In this document: positions 22,655 through 36,161 of the stretch, piece after piece
Layout: every line of letters begins with the position of its first letter
Position numbering within the stretch: the first letter of the stretch is position 1
Source: Marsupella aquatica
Lineage: Eukaryota > Plantae > Marchantiophyta
Reading direction: 5' to 3'
Assembly (NCBI GenBank): GCA_973895155.1
Contig: OZ316891.1
Location: 24,613,899 to 24,677,898, forward strand
Length of the DNA stretch: 64,000 nucleotides
Notes under the pieces: model-generated
What the model saw: only the letters and a program-made list of their open reading frames with translations
What the model was told of the DNA's origin: nothing
Databases searched by the model: none
Position numbers and translations under genes: made by a program

Positions 22655-25600
22655 ATGTAAGTCGTAGTGAGATGATGAACGCAGATGCACGAAATCAGCT
22701 TGGCCATTTCAATCCCCGGACAAATATGAGGCCCAGAACTGAATGGCATGTAACTGTATGGTTTCGGAGTCACCTGCAGAAGTTTCCCAAATCGAAAGAG
22801 GTCGATCAATTCTACTGAGTGAAAGTCTTCAGGCCGGTCAGGTACACCAACTCATTGAGGAAAACAAATTAAATCTGTGATCGTTTAGTTGTCAGTAACA
22901 TCATATCTTTCAATCAAAACCTGACTGAGGACGAAGGTAGTAGTACAGTACTCACATCGAACCGATCGGGGTTGAAACTAACATCGGGATAATTGCCAGG
23001 ATCCGTGTGAATGAAATTAGTCAACGGGGTCACGCTCCAGCCCTTTGGTATTAGATGACCTGCATGAATCAATAGACTTTTATGATCTTAATATGTGAAC
23101 GTGGCACGAGTTTCTTCTCGAACGTATAATTTCATGACTCGCTCATAGAGCTACTACATGTTTTTGTCGAAGAATCAGCTTATATTTCTTGAGAAGCGTG
23201 TGCTGGCAAAGGCCTTTAGAGCTTGATTAATCTGAACGTACCTACATTGAATCCGAACCTAGATATGCATGAAGCTGACAAATTTTGCTGGCTGGGTGCG
23301 TGGGAACTCAAACGCTATGCATTAGCAATTAATCCCATTCAAGAACAACACGCGTAGCTTGCAATAGTAGGATCAGTCACCTTCAAGCTCAAATCACTCA
23401 CCCTCAAACTTAACGTCTTCGGTTGCCTCCTTAAAAAGAACAGGGAGGAGTGTAGTGGTTCTGTGGACTTCGTTGAAGAACTGCATCCGGTAGTTCAGAA
23501 GTAATTATTTAAGTATGCCAATCGCTTGAACTTTCTAGAGTTCTGGTCAACTATGCATCTAATTCTATGTAGGATTGTAGCGGAATTTACCTGCCTACCA
23601 TGCGCAAGCATGGACCCGGTCTCTAGATAGCTTCATATTCGACCAAAGCCCAGTATAATGGCAATCCACTTCGTTTATAACTTCTAACACCCGCAAGCAT
23701 GGACCCGGTTTCTAAATAGCTTCATATTCGACCAATGGCAATCCACTTCGTTTATGACTTCATATTAGACTAGTGTTCATTATATTTTCAGTACACTAGG
23801 GAATCAACTTTGTTTGGTTGTCCAGGGATAATCATGCATGTTACCTTACGAGTGTAAACCATTTTTCTCATATCGTCCCAAGTAAGCCTGGGCCCTTCTA
23901 CGGAAGGGTCCTTGTTTTTGAGAATCTGTTGGTGCTCAGCCTGCTCACATAGTATGAGGGTTAGTATTGTAGAAGATCTGAGAAGAATAGAAGAGATAAA
24001 AGCTGAGAACGACATTGTGCTATAATATTTCAACAAAATACCATTTATGACGTTCAAATATTCTACTGCCATTTCAAGCTCCAGACCTCTAGATATCCAG
24101 GCCATGCCAGATTCAAACCGAGAAGCAAAGCATGCTCCGTACCTGGCAACGGCGAAAGACCTCCGGATAGTCAATCAGATACTTAAGGATCCATACAAGA
24201 GTCGTCGTGGTAGTGTCAGAAGCAGCGAAGTTTATCAAAAACATGTTCTCGGCAAGCGTGAAATCATCGAGATGCTTCAGCTCTTCTAGCCCTTCAGGGT
24301 CATCCCGAGCTGCCAGTAGAGCTCCGAAGAAAACGCCCTCGAAAGTCTTCTGGCCCTTCGTCGACTCAATCAGAGTTTGGAAGTATGCTACCAAATTTGC
24401 CCGTGCCTGATGAAGACAACAACCAATCAATCAAATGAGGTGTTGAGGACAACACAAATGCACAGATTCGTTCCCGTCCAAAATTATCATTCTCGACCTC
24501 GCTTTCGAATACTCCGGGAATGATTTCAGATTTGACAAAGTCTTCGTTGTTGAAATCTATCTACCTGTATCTGACTTAGCCTTCAGTTGGCCGAGCAGTG
24601 TTCAAGAGCCTCCGGCAAGATCTCAACTTCAAGTCCAAACTTAGCCTCCGGCAGGATTCAATTCCAAGTCCAAACTGCTGGCCAAGCATCCGACAGTTTT
24701 CGTACCTTCATGCCTGTGCTAAACGTCGTTCCTGGAAGATTCACTGGCATTGCTGTCAATGTCCGCGAGGCCTTATTAAAGTCTTCCAAATTCTTCCTTC
24801 CTTGTGGTGAGCTACTACTGTTCCTATCTCCGAATAGGACCCAGTTGGCAGCATCCCACGTAAGCTGCCAGTTGACATAAACGTCACATCAGTGCCAAAG
24901 TGAAATTTCAAGAATCTTAAGAGAATAAAATTAAGACGGGAGAGTTAATTTGAAGAATACCGCAGACGAATTGAACAAGAAGAGAAATCGCACAGAAGTA
25001 CTAAGCACTCGAAAAAGAAAACGAATGCGCTGAAGAATTATAACGAAAATGAATTGAACAGAGTGATTAAAGAAAGAAAGCTCTAGTAAGGATTGAAAAT
25101 GAACGGCCCACTTTTTGCACTGCACCACGTGCAACAACAGTCCCAGCGCGCACCCACGAGGCCATGTGTTCGAGAAGAATGCTCTCAAAACTATGGACCT
25201 GATCCCGGAGACCTTCTGGACCAACAGATTTCAGGATCAACTTCTTGACAGACATATGCCGTGGACCCTCCTGGAGCATAAACGTCTCGGGTCCAATGCT
25301 TCGCTTGAAGCTTTCGGGGTATGCCCGTTTGAAGAGGTGAGGGTTCGTATTGACGAATTTGACGAAATCCGGAGTTGTTCCACATATCGTTGGCCGTAGA
25401 AATACGTTCGTTTTAAACGTATTTCCATACCTGCATTCATCAAGTCACAACTTTCAGCCAAGTGCTGAAGATGTTCTAAACATCCCCACTTGCTACCAGT
25501 TCCTTTGTAATTTGCAATTGAATCGCTGCCCCCCAATAGTCTGACATCAACCCGAGCTGTTGACCATTCGAAGCCGTGGCGCTTAGATATTTCAGACTAG

Positions 25601-26250
25601 TCCACTTAAATATGTCAGACTAGTCTTTGAACGGGGGACATGCATCCTCCTACATAGGGACATTGCCCACCAAAATTTCTTCCTTCACTTTCGCTAGTGA
25701 ACTGGACGCATTTCTCCCGACTGGGAGAGAGTGAGTGACAAGCTAGAAAGCGAGATGACAAGCCACAAAGCAAGATGCCGAAGGGACATATTGCAGGAAT
25801 GATTGAGTTGCTAGCTAGCTTGCCCTTGTCTAAGTGCCCACGTACCATTTTAGGCAAGGAGAGATCCATAATGATAATGATGGGACATCATTGAGCAGGC
25901 GCCAAGCCAAAATCATTACATGAACAAGAGATCTACCTGCAGAAGCCAATTCAAGACCATGACTGTTCAATTCATGAATAAGAGATTAATTACCTGCTGA
26001 CGCGAGAATAAGCAAATTCTTTTGGATCACGGAGCAAGTCGAATGATTCCCCAACGATAGGCCAGCCCAGCGAGCCTTTGGGCAGCACGGCATCGGTCCT
26101 TCGCAATGAGTACAGAGTGTACGATCGCTGCGCCCACAGCAGAATAGCCCCGCCCAGCACCACGGCCAGCACTATCGATAATGATGTCGACAGCCCTGAG
26201 TCCCCCATCTCTGCGTATCTCCAAAATGTGGACAGCACCGACTCCCCCAT
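22655..26250 (-). CDS. Cytochrome P450, CYP85 clan, CYP707-like; at least 8 exons (about 26250-25994, 25430-25112, 24864-24706, 24406-24143, 23940-23845, 23480-23402, 23059-22956, 22773-22655; last exon unresolved)
   Basis: N-terminal membrane anchor, LPKGSLGWPIVGES, I-helix FAASDTT, ExxR (EVHR), PDRF and heme motif FSSGPHICPG. Canonical GT-AG introns keep the frame open. Confidence 0.9.
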
Positions 26251-27607
26251 CGCTGTGACTGTCTCAAGCTTGAGAACTTAGACTCGCCACAGGTGCTGGA
26301 CTAAGTCAGTGAGATGTGTGTGCAATTTTTAAATCCACAGTTCTTGTAGCTTGAATGTACTCTGGAAGCACAATCCTTGAAACAGAATTCTCGTGTGCTC
26401 TTCTTCAGATGTGAATTGTTTTCAGTGTTTTATCTCCCACCGACGTCGCAGGACCCAGAGCTCTCTGGTGTCACACCGAAGAAGAAAAAGCCGCTAACAC
26501 CTTACCTAAGCCCCTTTGTCATTGGTCACCCACGCATCCACAATCGCACTATTTGACTAACCTTCATGCTGGTCGCATAATTGCACCGGTCATTACCAAC
26601 CCATAATCAAACGCAACAATTGCATTGACATTATGTTGTCGATTCCGCCAGACCTCGTTTGTCGGTACTCATTTGTAAGAAAATGATGCTCCCTTGGACC
26701 CTGATTTGTAAGAAAACGAGGTTCCCTTGGACCTAAAGGTTGGTCTTTTGAAACCACATGGAACACGTTTCTAATTGTAATAACTTCATGCTCATAAATT
26801 CAATATTTTTTTGTTTTGAGCATGTGCTAGAGGGGTAGGTAAGCTACAATTCCATGAAAGTGACCTTGAATTTTTGGTTTGGTTGAAGTATTCATCATTG
26901 AATGCCAAGGGGTAAATTATATTATATTAATTTTCATTGTGTTAATATGAAATATTAGGGCTTATGTTTTGTTTTGTCTCCTCCTTCTCTAGTTGCCCTT
27001 GCAGATGAAAACTAAAAATAATTTTAAGATTTATAATCATCAAGATACAAGCCCAAAATTCCCAGGGACCACCAAAATGTGGCCCATGGGAGCACTATGT
27101 CTAACATGGTGGTCCATCCAGGCTTCACTTTCGATTTGCATTCATTGTAACCATTATTCTGTAGGTAAGAATTTAAAGTCATTGTTTTGTGCATAATTGA
27201 CATCATGAGCTAGCCAGGAATGATGGAATGACATCAATAGGAATGATTACTCATGGTTCTTTCCGTTTGCAAATTTTGGGCAAATTTTGGTGGGACCTAG
27301 AGTCACTGTCTAGAGGTCTCACTGTAGAAGCCTGGGCCTCAACTCTAGCTTATGTTGACAATTTATTAGTAAGATTTTCCAGTCATGTTATAGTTGCCTC
27401 TCATCACGTACTATGTTCCTTAAATAACTTTGTACATTTGGGCACTTACATACACACTTTTGGACATAAGAATTGTATATTCGGGTGAAGAAAAATGAAC
27501 ATTTGTGTTGCATAAAATGTAGGTTTGGGCCTAGAAATTTGTAAATTTTGGCAAAGAAAATATTAATTTGGATAATTTGGTCTCATGGCACTCACTCAGA
27601 GGCTTTA

Positions 27608-27954
27608 CACCGTGCTAGGAAACAGGAAACAGATTTACTGTTATGAGCAAAACTTTACTGTTACGAACAAAAATAAAATATAAAAAATGTCTCAATAAAA
27701 ACTTAAATTTTTCAAAATATTTTAAAAAACGATCATTTTTGACTAGCGCCAGGCGCTACTATTACTAGTAGTAGTAGTAGCCTAGGCGCTACTATTACTA
27801 CTAGTAATAGTAGTAATAGGGGCGCTAGTAAAAAAATGTCAAAAATACAAACCAAAAAAAATTAAAAAATTCCAAAAAAACAATTCTCAAAAAATTCTCA
27901 TCCATTTGCTCTTTATTGTTTGCTATTTCCCTTTTCCTGTTTCCTAGCATGGTG
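27608..27954. mobile_element. Putative MITE with ~22-bp terminal inverted repeats
   Basis: CACCGTGCTAGGAAACAGGAAA...TTTCCTGTTTCCTAGCATGGTG, AT-rich interior with internal palindromes. No clean TSD. Confidence 0.6.
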
Positions 27955-30688
27955 ATTATACCCCTCACTCACCTGGCCAGTGAAAGGATGTTTGAAATAC
28001 CACATTGAACTTACATTCAAAGTGGGGCTTTTAGGCTCAAACATTTCAGTTTTGAACTAGAGCCACATTTCAGCTTTGAACTACATTCAGGATTAGTGTT
28101 TCAACAAATGACTCACATTCCAAATTTAAGAGTCAAGTTTTAACTCACATAAATCATTCGCAAGGTAACACCCCAATTCTCTGTTGCAATAGAGATCCCC
28201 AAAACGGGATTGTCATTGCCTTAGTATTATACTGCAACAAACAGGTAGGAACTAGTTGTTGGTTGCCGTTTAGGATGATTTTTTGGTTGGTGTTGTCGTC
28301 GGTAGTCTAAACAACAATCAAATGCTTCAACTTCCACTTTCAGTCGCTCCACATACAGTTCAAGTACTACAGGAGTCATTCCTGAAACAGATTTTGTGAC
28401 AGAAAGAGAGCGCGATGTCCTCCTCGGTAGTTCAGAGCGACCGCATTCAGATCGATATACTCACATTCACAGTCCCTCCATTGATTTTTCATACTCTTGG
28501 GTTCATTGGAGGCTTGAGACGCCCTTGACGAAGGTTTTTTTTAAACATTCATTTTCAGACAGTGTTGTAGACTCTCTGCCTAACTACATTCGATTTGTCC
28601 CTCCCTCAGTACACTTCAGAATTCCCCCAGATTCTGCATTCAAGTTGAAAAGCCAAGTCTTTGTCCGACCCTTACTGTCCTCCTTCGGGGTCTATATATA
28701 CTGAGGCTCCCGAGAATAGCTACTCCTTGCATACAGCATCCTAGTTAATCAGATTATAGAATAATTAAGGACCATGTCATCAGCGTCACAGTTGGGTTAG
28801 TTCTACATAGCAGCGTGACTGTGCTTTTGGGGGGTTTGGTATGGAATGAAGAGAGAAGGGTGGGGTACTCTGCTTGGAGAACTCTATACACAGTTTGGGA
28901 ACTCTATACACAGTTTGGGTTCGATTTCCCACTATAGGCTTTGATCCCATTACCTTAAATAGAACTATGGCAACAACTCAGATTCATTAAAAGTGTGCAT
29001 AGCTAAAGCATGGCAGGATCAGATTCAAAGTAGTGTGCATACCAGCTATAGCATCTGCAAAATATTTTGGCTGAGTTGCATGTTATTCAATAAAGAGTGC
29101 AATCTGCTGTCCTAGAGAACATGTTTTGGCTACGAGTTGTGGCAGTGTGCAAGTTTTGAGCCTTCTTTCACTACTGTTTTGCAACTGATGGCTTGGAATT
29201 TTTTTAGACATTGCTAATCCTTGGCCAAAATATAAACTTTAATACTTTCAAAAGGGGAAATATGTTCAGCATCCAGAAGATCTAATTTTTTTGACTAATG
29301 GGATGTGGAAACCATTCTTATCACATTTTTGGGAGAAATGTCTATTGCAAAACCTCATTAAAAACTTAATTTGTCTAAAAACAATTTGACAGAGAAAATT
29401 GTAAAATTTGTGGTTTGCCATTTAGCATTGTTGGAAAAATAGCAATGTCGGAACAATGTCTAATATCTGTTCTCCTATTTTTGTTACTTTTTCATTTCAA
29501 AAATAATGCATACATTGCAAAGTCAGTGTTTATATCAGAATGTTCACAACATTCTTAAATTTGCATCACAAAATCAGTTGATGTTCATAAGCACCCTGAA
29601 ATTTTTTGTTAGTCAGGTATAAAATAGGATTAATTATAATTCAAAAAGTAAGTGAATTGGTTACAAGTCAGATTGAGGTTTAAATTTTGCCCTTACTCTT
29701 TGTTATTTGACATGTTATTTTTTAATTTTCTCAAGCTTTTACCATTCCTGGGTCTAACCATTTTTTGGGTGTTGCAACATACACAAACAGCCATGCGTAA
29801 TTGTTGCCATAAACGTCATCATTTGTGCTTGTGACAAAAACTGCTGAAATGGTGCAACCGTAGGCCAGGAATTTGGAATGGACTTATCATGGGGGTCCAT
29901 AAAGCTAATTAGCTCAAATACCAGTGCTTACAAAGAGGAATTCGCAGGGCTCCCTGCACCCACCTGGATTCCTCTTCATGTCTCTTCTCACAAGCATAGT
30001 CTAAATATCAACCAAAAAATGACATGCGGTTCACTTGCCTGAGTAGGTCATGACCGGTAGACTTTGATCGCAAATTATACTATAGATAGAAAATGAACAC
30101 CAAGTTTTGATGCATAGTCTTCTCCAGTATGACTGCTCTGATCTGTTTGGCATCTCAGAATATCTTTGGAAGGATAGGCCTTAAATAGGAATGGAACATA
30201 GCTACTTTCCATTGACTGAAATGTTGAGCTACAAACTTTTGCCAGAAAACAGCAAAATTCTGTTACATGTTACCCAAAGTGTTCACTCTCTCAGATTCAG
30301 GAAAACCGTGTCTATTCATCACTATGAATGGTGCAGACACTGGAAAGTGTAGCTTCCTTGTGCAAGGCACACACGTGCATGTGCAGACGAACAATGATGA
30401 AGCTATTGAGCTTTTATTTAAAAATGACTTTGAAATGAATGAAAACAATACAAGCACATAGAGCCCCCTGGTCGCTATGTTCTCTCGAAGAACCTCGTTC
30501 TAGGAGGCAAAGCTAATTAAAACCTGCCCAGTGAGAGATTCTTCAGCAATTTTGGCCTGATCTATAAGCTACGAGTTCAGTTCTATTTAGTGAATACTTT
30601 AGATAGTAGACACTATTTAGCCAACACTTACAATTAATCATGTCTTACAGGGGGTGGGGGTCTATGCTAACGTAGAGTTTTATGGGCT

Positions 30689-31771
30689 TCAGAAATATTC
30701 GCCATGATACCAATCACCCAGGAGCTCCTTGAAGCGGTAGCGGCTTCCACCAAGGTGCCAGCTGATGTATCCCTGGTAATACTGCTGAATTTTTTTCTTC
30801 CATTCTAGAGAGCCACTCTCTTCAATGATGGCCATGACGCGAATCCGTTGGTCCACCAAGTAGTCTGCTACATCCCTCAGGGCGTCCAGACGGCTCAGCT
30901 TTTTCACCTTGGCATTGATGAGAATAGCGATGGCGGTCTCCCCGTCCTGCACCTCCTTGTAGAACGACAGCACGTCGTTGATGAGGTTGAAGCCTTCGAC
31001 CATCTCCGGCACCAGCGGGTAGAGGTAGTTGTAGTAGAAACGATCGTCCGTCTTCTGCGAGGTATTGCTACCGCTGGTGTCCATGATGACGTAGCTCGCG
31101 TAGGCTTCCGAAATCCCCGACTTATAGCGGAGGAAGTTGCAGAAGAGGCGCATCTCTGGCATGTAGTTTATGGGGTTCTCGTGGTAGTGTACCTCCAACA
31201 GGTTGCCCTGCAGAAAGTCTAAGGTGGATTTCACCAGAATGCTCAGCGTGCGAGGATGTGCCGGGAAGAAGGGATTCTGCTCCGTCCGCAGGTAGTGCAT
31301 GAGGTCCATAAGCACCGGGTGCAGATCTCCTCGACCGGGGTAGGCTGCGGCATACCCTTGCGGGTCACACATCTTCATCTGAAACAACGCAAGGTCCTTC
31401 ACGAACACATCCTTAGCTTCGCCGGTGAGGCTCTGCGACAAGTCGTCGATTGTTATCGTCAGAGCCGTGAGGTGCGCGAGAGTCACCTGCACGTCCACGG
31501 GGTGGAGCTTGATGACGAGCCCCGGAAAGCCGGAGCTAACTCTGATCACTTCAGGATCTATGTAGGACCCGCAAAGGGCGGTGACCGCGGCACCGACTTG
31601 GAGGCAGCTATCGGGTCTGCAGGCGTCTGCAGAGTTGTCGAAGCACATTCGGTCCAGGAAGTCCAGGTAGATGGAGCGCAGTTCATCAGTGAAGGGCCCT
31701 GCATCCGGCTGGCTAACAAGAGAGTTGTGAGTTTCACTTTGAGGAGAAGCCATGGCTACGTACGCACTCAC
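30689..31771 (-). CDS. Microbial terpene synthase-like protein (MTPSL), fungal trichodiene synthase (TRI5)-type class I terpene cyclase; intronless
   Basis: 360-aa intact ORF. Asp-rich IDDLSQ, LRYKSGISEAY, NSE motif NDVLSFYKE and C-terminal WH...RYR. Confidence 0.9.
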   Translation of the reverse strand: MSAYVAMASPQSETHNSLVSQPDAGPFTDELRSIYLDFLDRMCFDNSADACRPDSCLQVGAAVTALCGSYIDPEVIRVSSGFPGLVIKLHPVDVQVTLAHLTALTITIDDLSQSLTGEAKDVFVKDLALFQMKMCDPQGYAAAYPGRGDLHPVLMDLMHYLRTEQNPFFPAHPRTLSILVKSTLDFLQGNLLEVHYHENPINYMPEMRLFCNFLRYKSGISEAYASYVIMDTSGSNTSQKTDDRFYYNYLYPLVPEMVEGFNLINDVLSFYKEVQDGETAIAILINAKVKKLSRLDALRDVADYLVDQRIRVMAIIEESGSLEWKKKIQQYYQGYISWHLGGSRYRFKELLGDWYHGEYF

Positions 31772-32259
31772 AAGTGCTGGAATCTTGTTGCAAGCTCAAA
31801 AACCAACGGAGAGCCTGGCAGGCTGGAGATCAAACACAATGAGAACTGGTTGCGAATGACTGGTGGCCGCAACCGAGGGCTTTTCAATTGAGGGACCTTA
31901 CAGAACGAGAACAAAAGTTGTCAGGTCACTCATGTTTAGATCTTACTACACTCAGGACATATACCTAACCCACAAGTCCATTTAAAGTGTCTCCTGACAA
32001 AAAAGGTGGTCAGGTCATGAATATAATGACAAAAAAGTGGCCAGGTAATGAATATAATGAAGTCTAAATTTTGGCCAAACTACCGCATGTGCATTTTGTC
32101 CTTTCAAAACATCACCCCCATAGATGAACTAAACTTTGGCCAAAACTACCACATAAGTATTTTGGGGACCCAACTTTGTCCAAAATGAACACAAGTATTT
32201 GGGGGAACCACACCAGCCCAAGTAGGGTTCCGAGAAGTCCGGTGCACAAGTGATCTGAT

Positions 32260-32620
32260 TGGGAGAAGTCCAGTACACAAGTGATCTGATTGGGGCCCTT
32301 CCCCCTTTTTCCTTCCCTTCATTAGGTTGCTTTGCCATTGGGATCATGTTTCCCGGTTCGGCATTTTTTGCCCTTGGGCAGTGTGATATATAGTACACAA
32401 GTGATCTCTCAATTTCATGTGAAGCCCATAAGTGGTCTCTTAATTTCTCTCTTAATTTCATGTAAAGCCAAAGTGGAGTACAAAAGAGATCTCTCAATGT
32501 CATGTGAAGCCGACAAGTGGTCTCTTAATTTCATGTAAAGCCAAAGTGGAGTACACAAGTGATCTCTCAATTTCATGTGGAGCCCACAAGTGGTCTCTTA
32601 ATTTCATGTAAAGCCAAGGT
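32260..32620. repeat. Imperfect tandem repeat (~73-85 bp, ~3 copies) upstream of the terpene synthase
   Basis: GTACACAAGTGATCTCTCAATTTCATGTG...AAGTGGTCTCTTAATTTCATGTAAAGCCAA recurs at about 32393, 32478 and 32551. Confidence 0.7.
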
Positions 32621-32734
32621 GGACTGGTCACTTTGATGTGAATGGGTGTTGGGTGTTGCGATTGAAGTAGACTGGTCACTTTGATACGAATGGTTGTTAT
32701 GATGAAATCTAAATGCACCTTGGTTTCTATCACT

Positions 32735-33250
32735 TGTGGTGCGTCTGCGCTCCCCTTCAGAAGTTTTGGGGCTCGATTGTCATCCAATTTGGTGGCCTAC
32801 TCCGACAAGCAAAATCCCGAGCTTCCCGAGCATCAGTCATAATGACAGGCCTCAACAGAACGTCCAGGTACTGGTGATGCGGATCTGGCAGTCCGGGGGA
32901 AGCAACTATTTTTCGTCACCAGCCTGCTCTTCAACCCATGCGGTTTAGACCGATCACAGCATTTTTAGGCCACCAAATTAGAAGAGTCTTCTCTGCGGAC
33001 ATTCCCTCACCTCCAACAATTGGAAGTGTTATTGGGGCATTAATACCGACGACTTGGGCAGGGAAAGGTTCATAATTTCAGTTCCTACCCGTGTGTTGAT
33101 GGCTACCTTCTCACCAGTCCAGATCGATGTCAACTCTTTTACTTCTGAAGGGTTGGTGGCCCTAGTTGATATTGACAATCCCTTCTCAGCCCGTGGGTGG
33201 GTCCGAGGGTGAGTGCCGCTCGGCATTTTGTTAGTGGCCAAAATTTGTCA
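32735..33250 (-). mobile_element. Putative 3' LTR of the decayed Ty3 element
   Basis: On the minus strand, purine tract GGGGGAGGTGGAA (33253-33265) precedes TG. Ends ...GGGAGCGCAGACGCACCACA at 32735, like the family A terminus. Start uncertain. Confidence 0.45.
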
Positions 33251-33644
33251 AATTCCACCTCCCCCAAAAGTGGCTAGCTTTAGCCACTTTTGGCTAAAAT
33301 TCATTCATATTTTTCTGTCTCATTAGCCAGTGTCCCACCCACAGGCAGACTCAATTAACTAGAATCTAAGTGTCCCACCTAATCACAGGTAGGCCCAATT
33401 AACTAGAATCTAACGGTCATCCTTAAATCTAGGGAGATTTTAGAGGCCCCATTAGCCAAAATCTAACTGTCATCCTTAAATTTGTCATCCTTAAATCTAG
33501 GGAGATAGGAAAATAATCAAAATATTCTGAGCATCTTCTCTTTCACACACCGAACATTCAGGCAAAAAAGTAAAAACCTTAAGAAATATGCTGGTGCCAC
33601 TAGCTGTTATCTTGATTACCGGTAATTCGGCTTCCTGTAGTCTC

Positions 33645-36161
33645 CTATTTCCGTTCATGATTGTCTTCTTCTATGCTTTCAGTGTGGACTTCAAACTCAA
33701 CAGGCACCAACGAATGTTGGCCGAACACGAGAAAGTACGGGCTGTGACTCGTAGTAGTCTTGTAAGCCAGATTATACAAATACACTGCTGCGTACAACTT
33801 GTCATCCCAATCCGTTTTGTGTGCGGCTACTGTCTTGTTGAGGATCTTCCCGATGATACCATTGGCTCTTTTTGTCAGCCCATTAGCTTTAGGATGATAC
33901 GAGGTAGTCTTGCGGTGCTTGACTAGGTAACGCTCCGTAAGCTGGGCTATGGTATCATTGAGGAAGTGTGTTCCACGGTTGCTTACTAACTCCAAGGGCG
34001 GCCCAAACCGGGTGAAGATCTGCTCGTATAAGAACTTGGCGGTGGTTACAACGTCGTCCTTTACCGTAGCCGTGCTTTGACCCACTTGGTGGAGTAATCT
34101 ATAGCTAGCAGAATGTACTTGCATCTTCGTCGTCGGGTAACGGGAGTGAACGGTCTGATATAATCGATACCCCACTTTTCAAAAGGTGCCAAGGGGAGCA
34201 CGGACGTGAGAGGGTGATGATGAGATTGTCGTGGGGCCCCAGCCCGCTGACACAGGTCACAGCCCTTGATGAAACGTTGTATATCCCAATGCAACATAGG
34301 CCACCAATACCCTGAATCCAGAATCTTTTGGGCTATCGTGATAGCCGCAAAATGGGCTCCAGCTTCTTCTTCATGCAAGGCCCGCATAACAATGAGCGTC
34401 TCCTTGTACTCTAAACAGCGTCGTAGCTTCCCATTAACGCCTTCCTTATGTAGGTGACCCTGTATCATAGCATACGGCCCGGCCTTCCGTAAAAACACAA
34501 CGGCGGCCTCCTGATTGATGTCGTCGGGGATGCGGCCTGTTAAGAGGAAGGTGATTATTGAGTCGTACCACGTAGGCGCTCCCGCCCCTACGTGGAATAA
34601 CTCCTCGTCCGGAAAAGTATCATTGATTGGCTGATCGACTGGTACGCCGTCCAACCTTGAAAAGAAGTCGGCATTGAGATGTGCTTTTCCTGGCCAATCC
34701 TGAACTTCATAGTTAAATTCTTGGAGAAGTAGCACTCACTGGGCTATCCGTCCTATCACATCCGCTTTGTTGACCATGTACTTTAGGCTATCATGATCCG
34801 TGTGGAATATGACCTTGTATCCAAGCAGGTAGTGTTGGAACTTCTTGCATGAGTAGATTATTCCTAGAGTTTCTCGATCAGTGGGAGAATAATTTTTTTG
34901 GCTGTGAATAGTTGACGGCTAGAAAAGTAGATGGGGTGGTCACGTCCATCCTCATCAAGCTGACTGAGTACGGACCCAATACAGAACCCTGACATATCGA
35001 CGTACACATGGAACTCCTTATTCTAGTCCGGGGTGACCATGATAGGTGCAGTTGTGAGTCGTTTACGGAGTTCTTTGAAAGCAATCCATCTCCTGGGAGT
35101 CTCCTCGATCACTGCGTCCTTCTTCATCATCTTAGTTAAGGGTAACGCAGTTTTAGCAAAATCTTTGATGAACCGACGATAATACCCTACACAGCCCCAA
35201 AAGGATTGTACCGCTTTTTGATCTACGGGAAACACCACCGCCATCCAAGCCGCGAACTTCTCTTGGTCCACCTCGATACCCTGTTTGGACACACGATGCC
35301 CGAGTAACACTCCTTCCTCTACCCCAAAAAAACATTTGGCGGGATGTAGCTTGAGGTTAACCTCTCAGCATTGTTGTAGCGTACACCGTAGATGTTTGGG
35401 GTGCATGGCGACAGTTCCAAAGATGGCAAAGTTGTCGATAAATATTTCCAGAAATTCCCATAAGAAACCGTGGAAGATATTCATCATGAGCCGCTGAAAC
35501 ATGGCCGGGGCGTTACACAGCCTGAACGGCATTCCCCAAAATGCAAATGTCCCCCATTTCGTAGTGAACGTTGTTTTGAGCTGATCCGAGAGGCGGATCC
35601 AGATTTGATTATAACCCGAATACTCGTCAAGGAATGTATAAATTTTGTTTTGGGCTACCATATCAAGAACCATATCCGTGAATGGTAACGGGTAATGGTC
35701 TTTCCGGGTTGCGTCGTTCAGCTTACGATAGTCCTGACAGATCCGGATCTTAGGTTTTCCGTCCGTACCTCCCTTCTTTGGTACAATGACAATGGGAGAA
35801 ACCCAGTCGCTCGCCATTACCGGGTAGATGATATGTGCGGCAAGGAGGTGATCAATTTCCTCCTTCACTAAGATGGAGTACCTTGGGTTCATGCAACATT
35901 GTCGCTGTCGTACTGCATGGGCCCCAAGGTTCAAATCGATCGTGTGTTCTCCCAACTTGGGGGAGACTCCCGTCAAATTGTGATGGCTCATGCAAACACA
36001 TCTTCATATTCCTTGAGCTTGGATTTTTCCGCCTCCCTCGTCAGAGCGTGTCCCAGGTTAAAAGACTTATCCATCCCAATGGTGTACTTCTGGTAGTGCT
36101 CCTTTCTTATGACTTCCACCTGGTTCCGCAAGCTCGGGTCTAGGCTTGCATCTAGCTCCGC
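33645..36161 (-). pseudogene. pol: Decayed Ty3/gypsy (non-chromovirus-like) pol: RT - RNase H - integrase
   Basis: RT DYRKLNDATRKDHYPLPF...FIDNF, RNase H fragments, integrase zinc-finger remnant (YWWP..CDLCQ) and core WGIDY / SNRGTHF / YHPKANG. Order RT-RH-IN, with frameshifts. Confidence 0.9.

Noticed and set aside
26300-30680. Short ORFs between the P450 and the TPS
   Set aside because: AT-rich with no motifs; treated as intergenic.
30848-31891. Antisense ORFs over the TPS and the LTR genes
   Set aside because: Shadow frames of GC-rich coding sequence.
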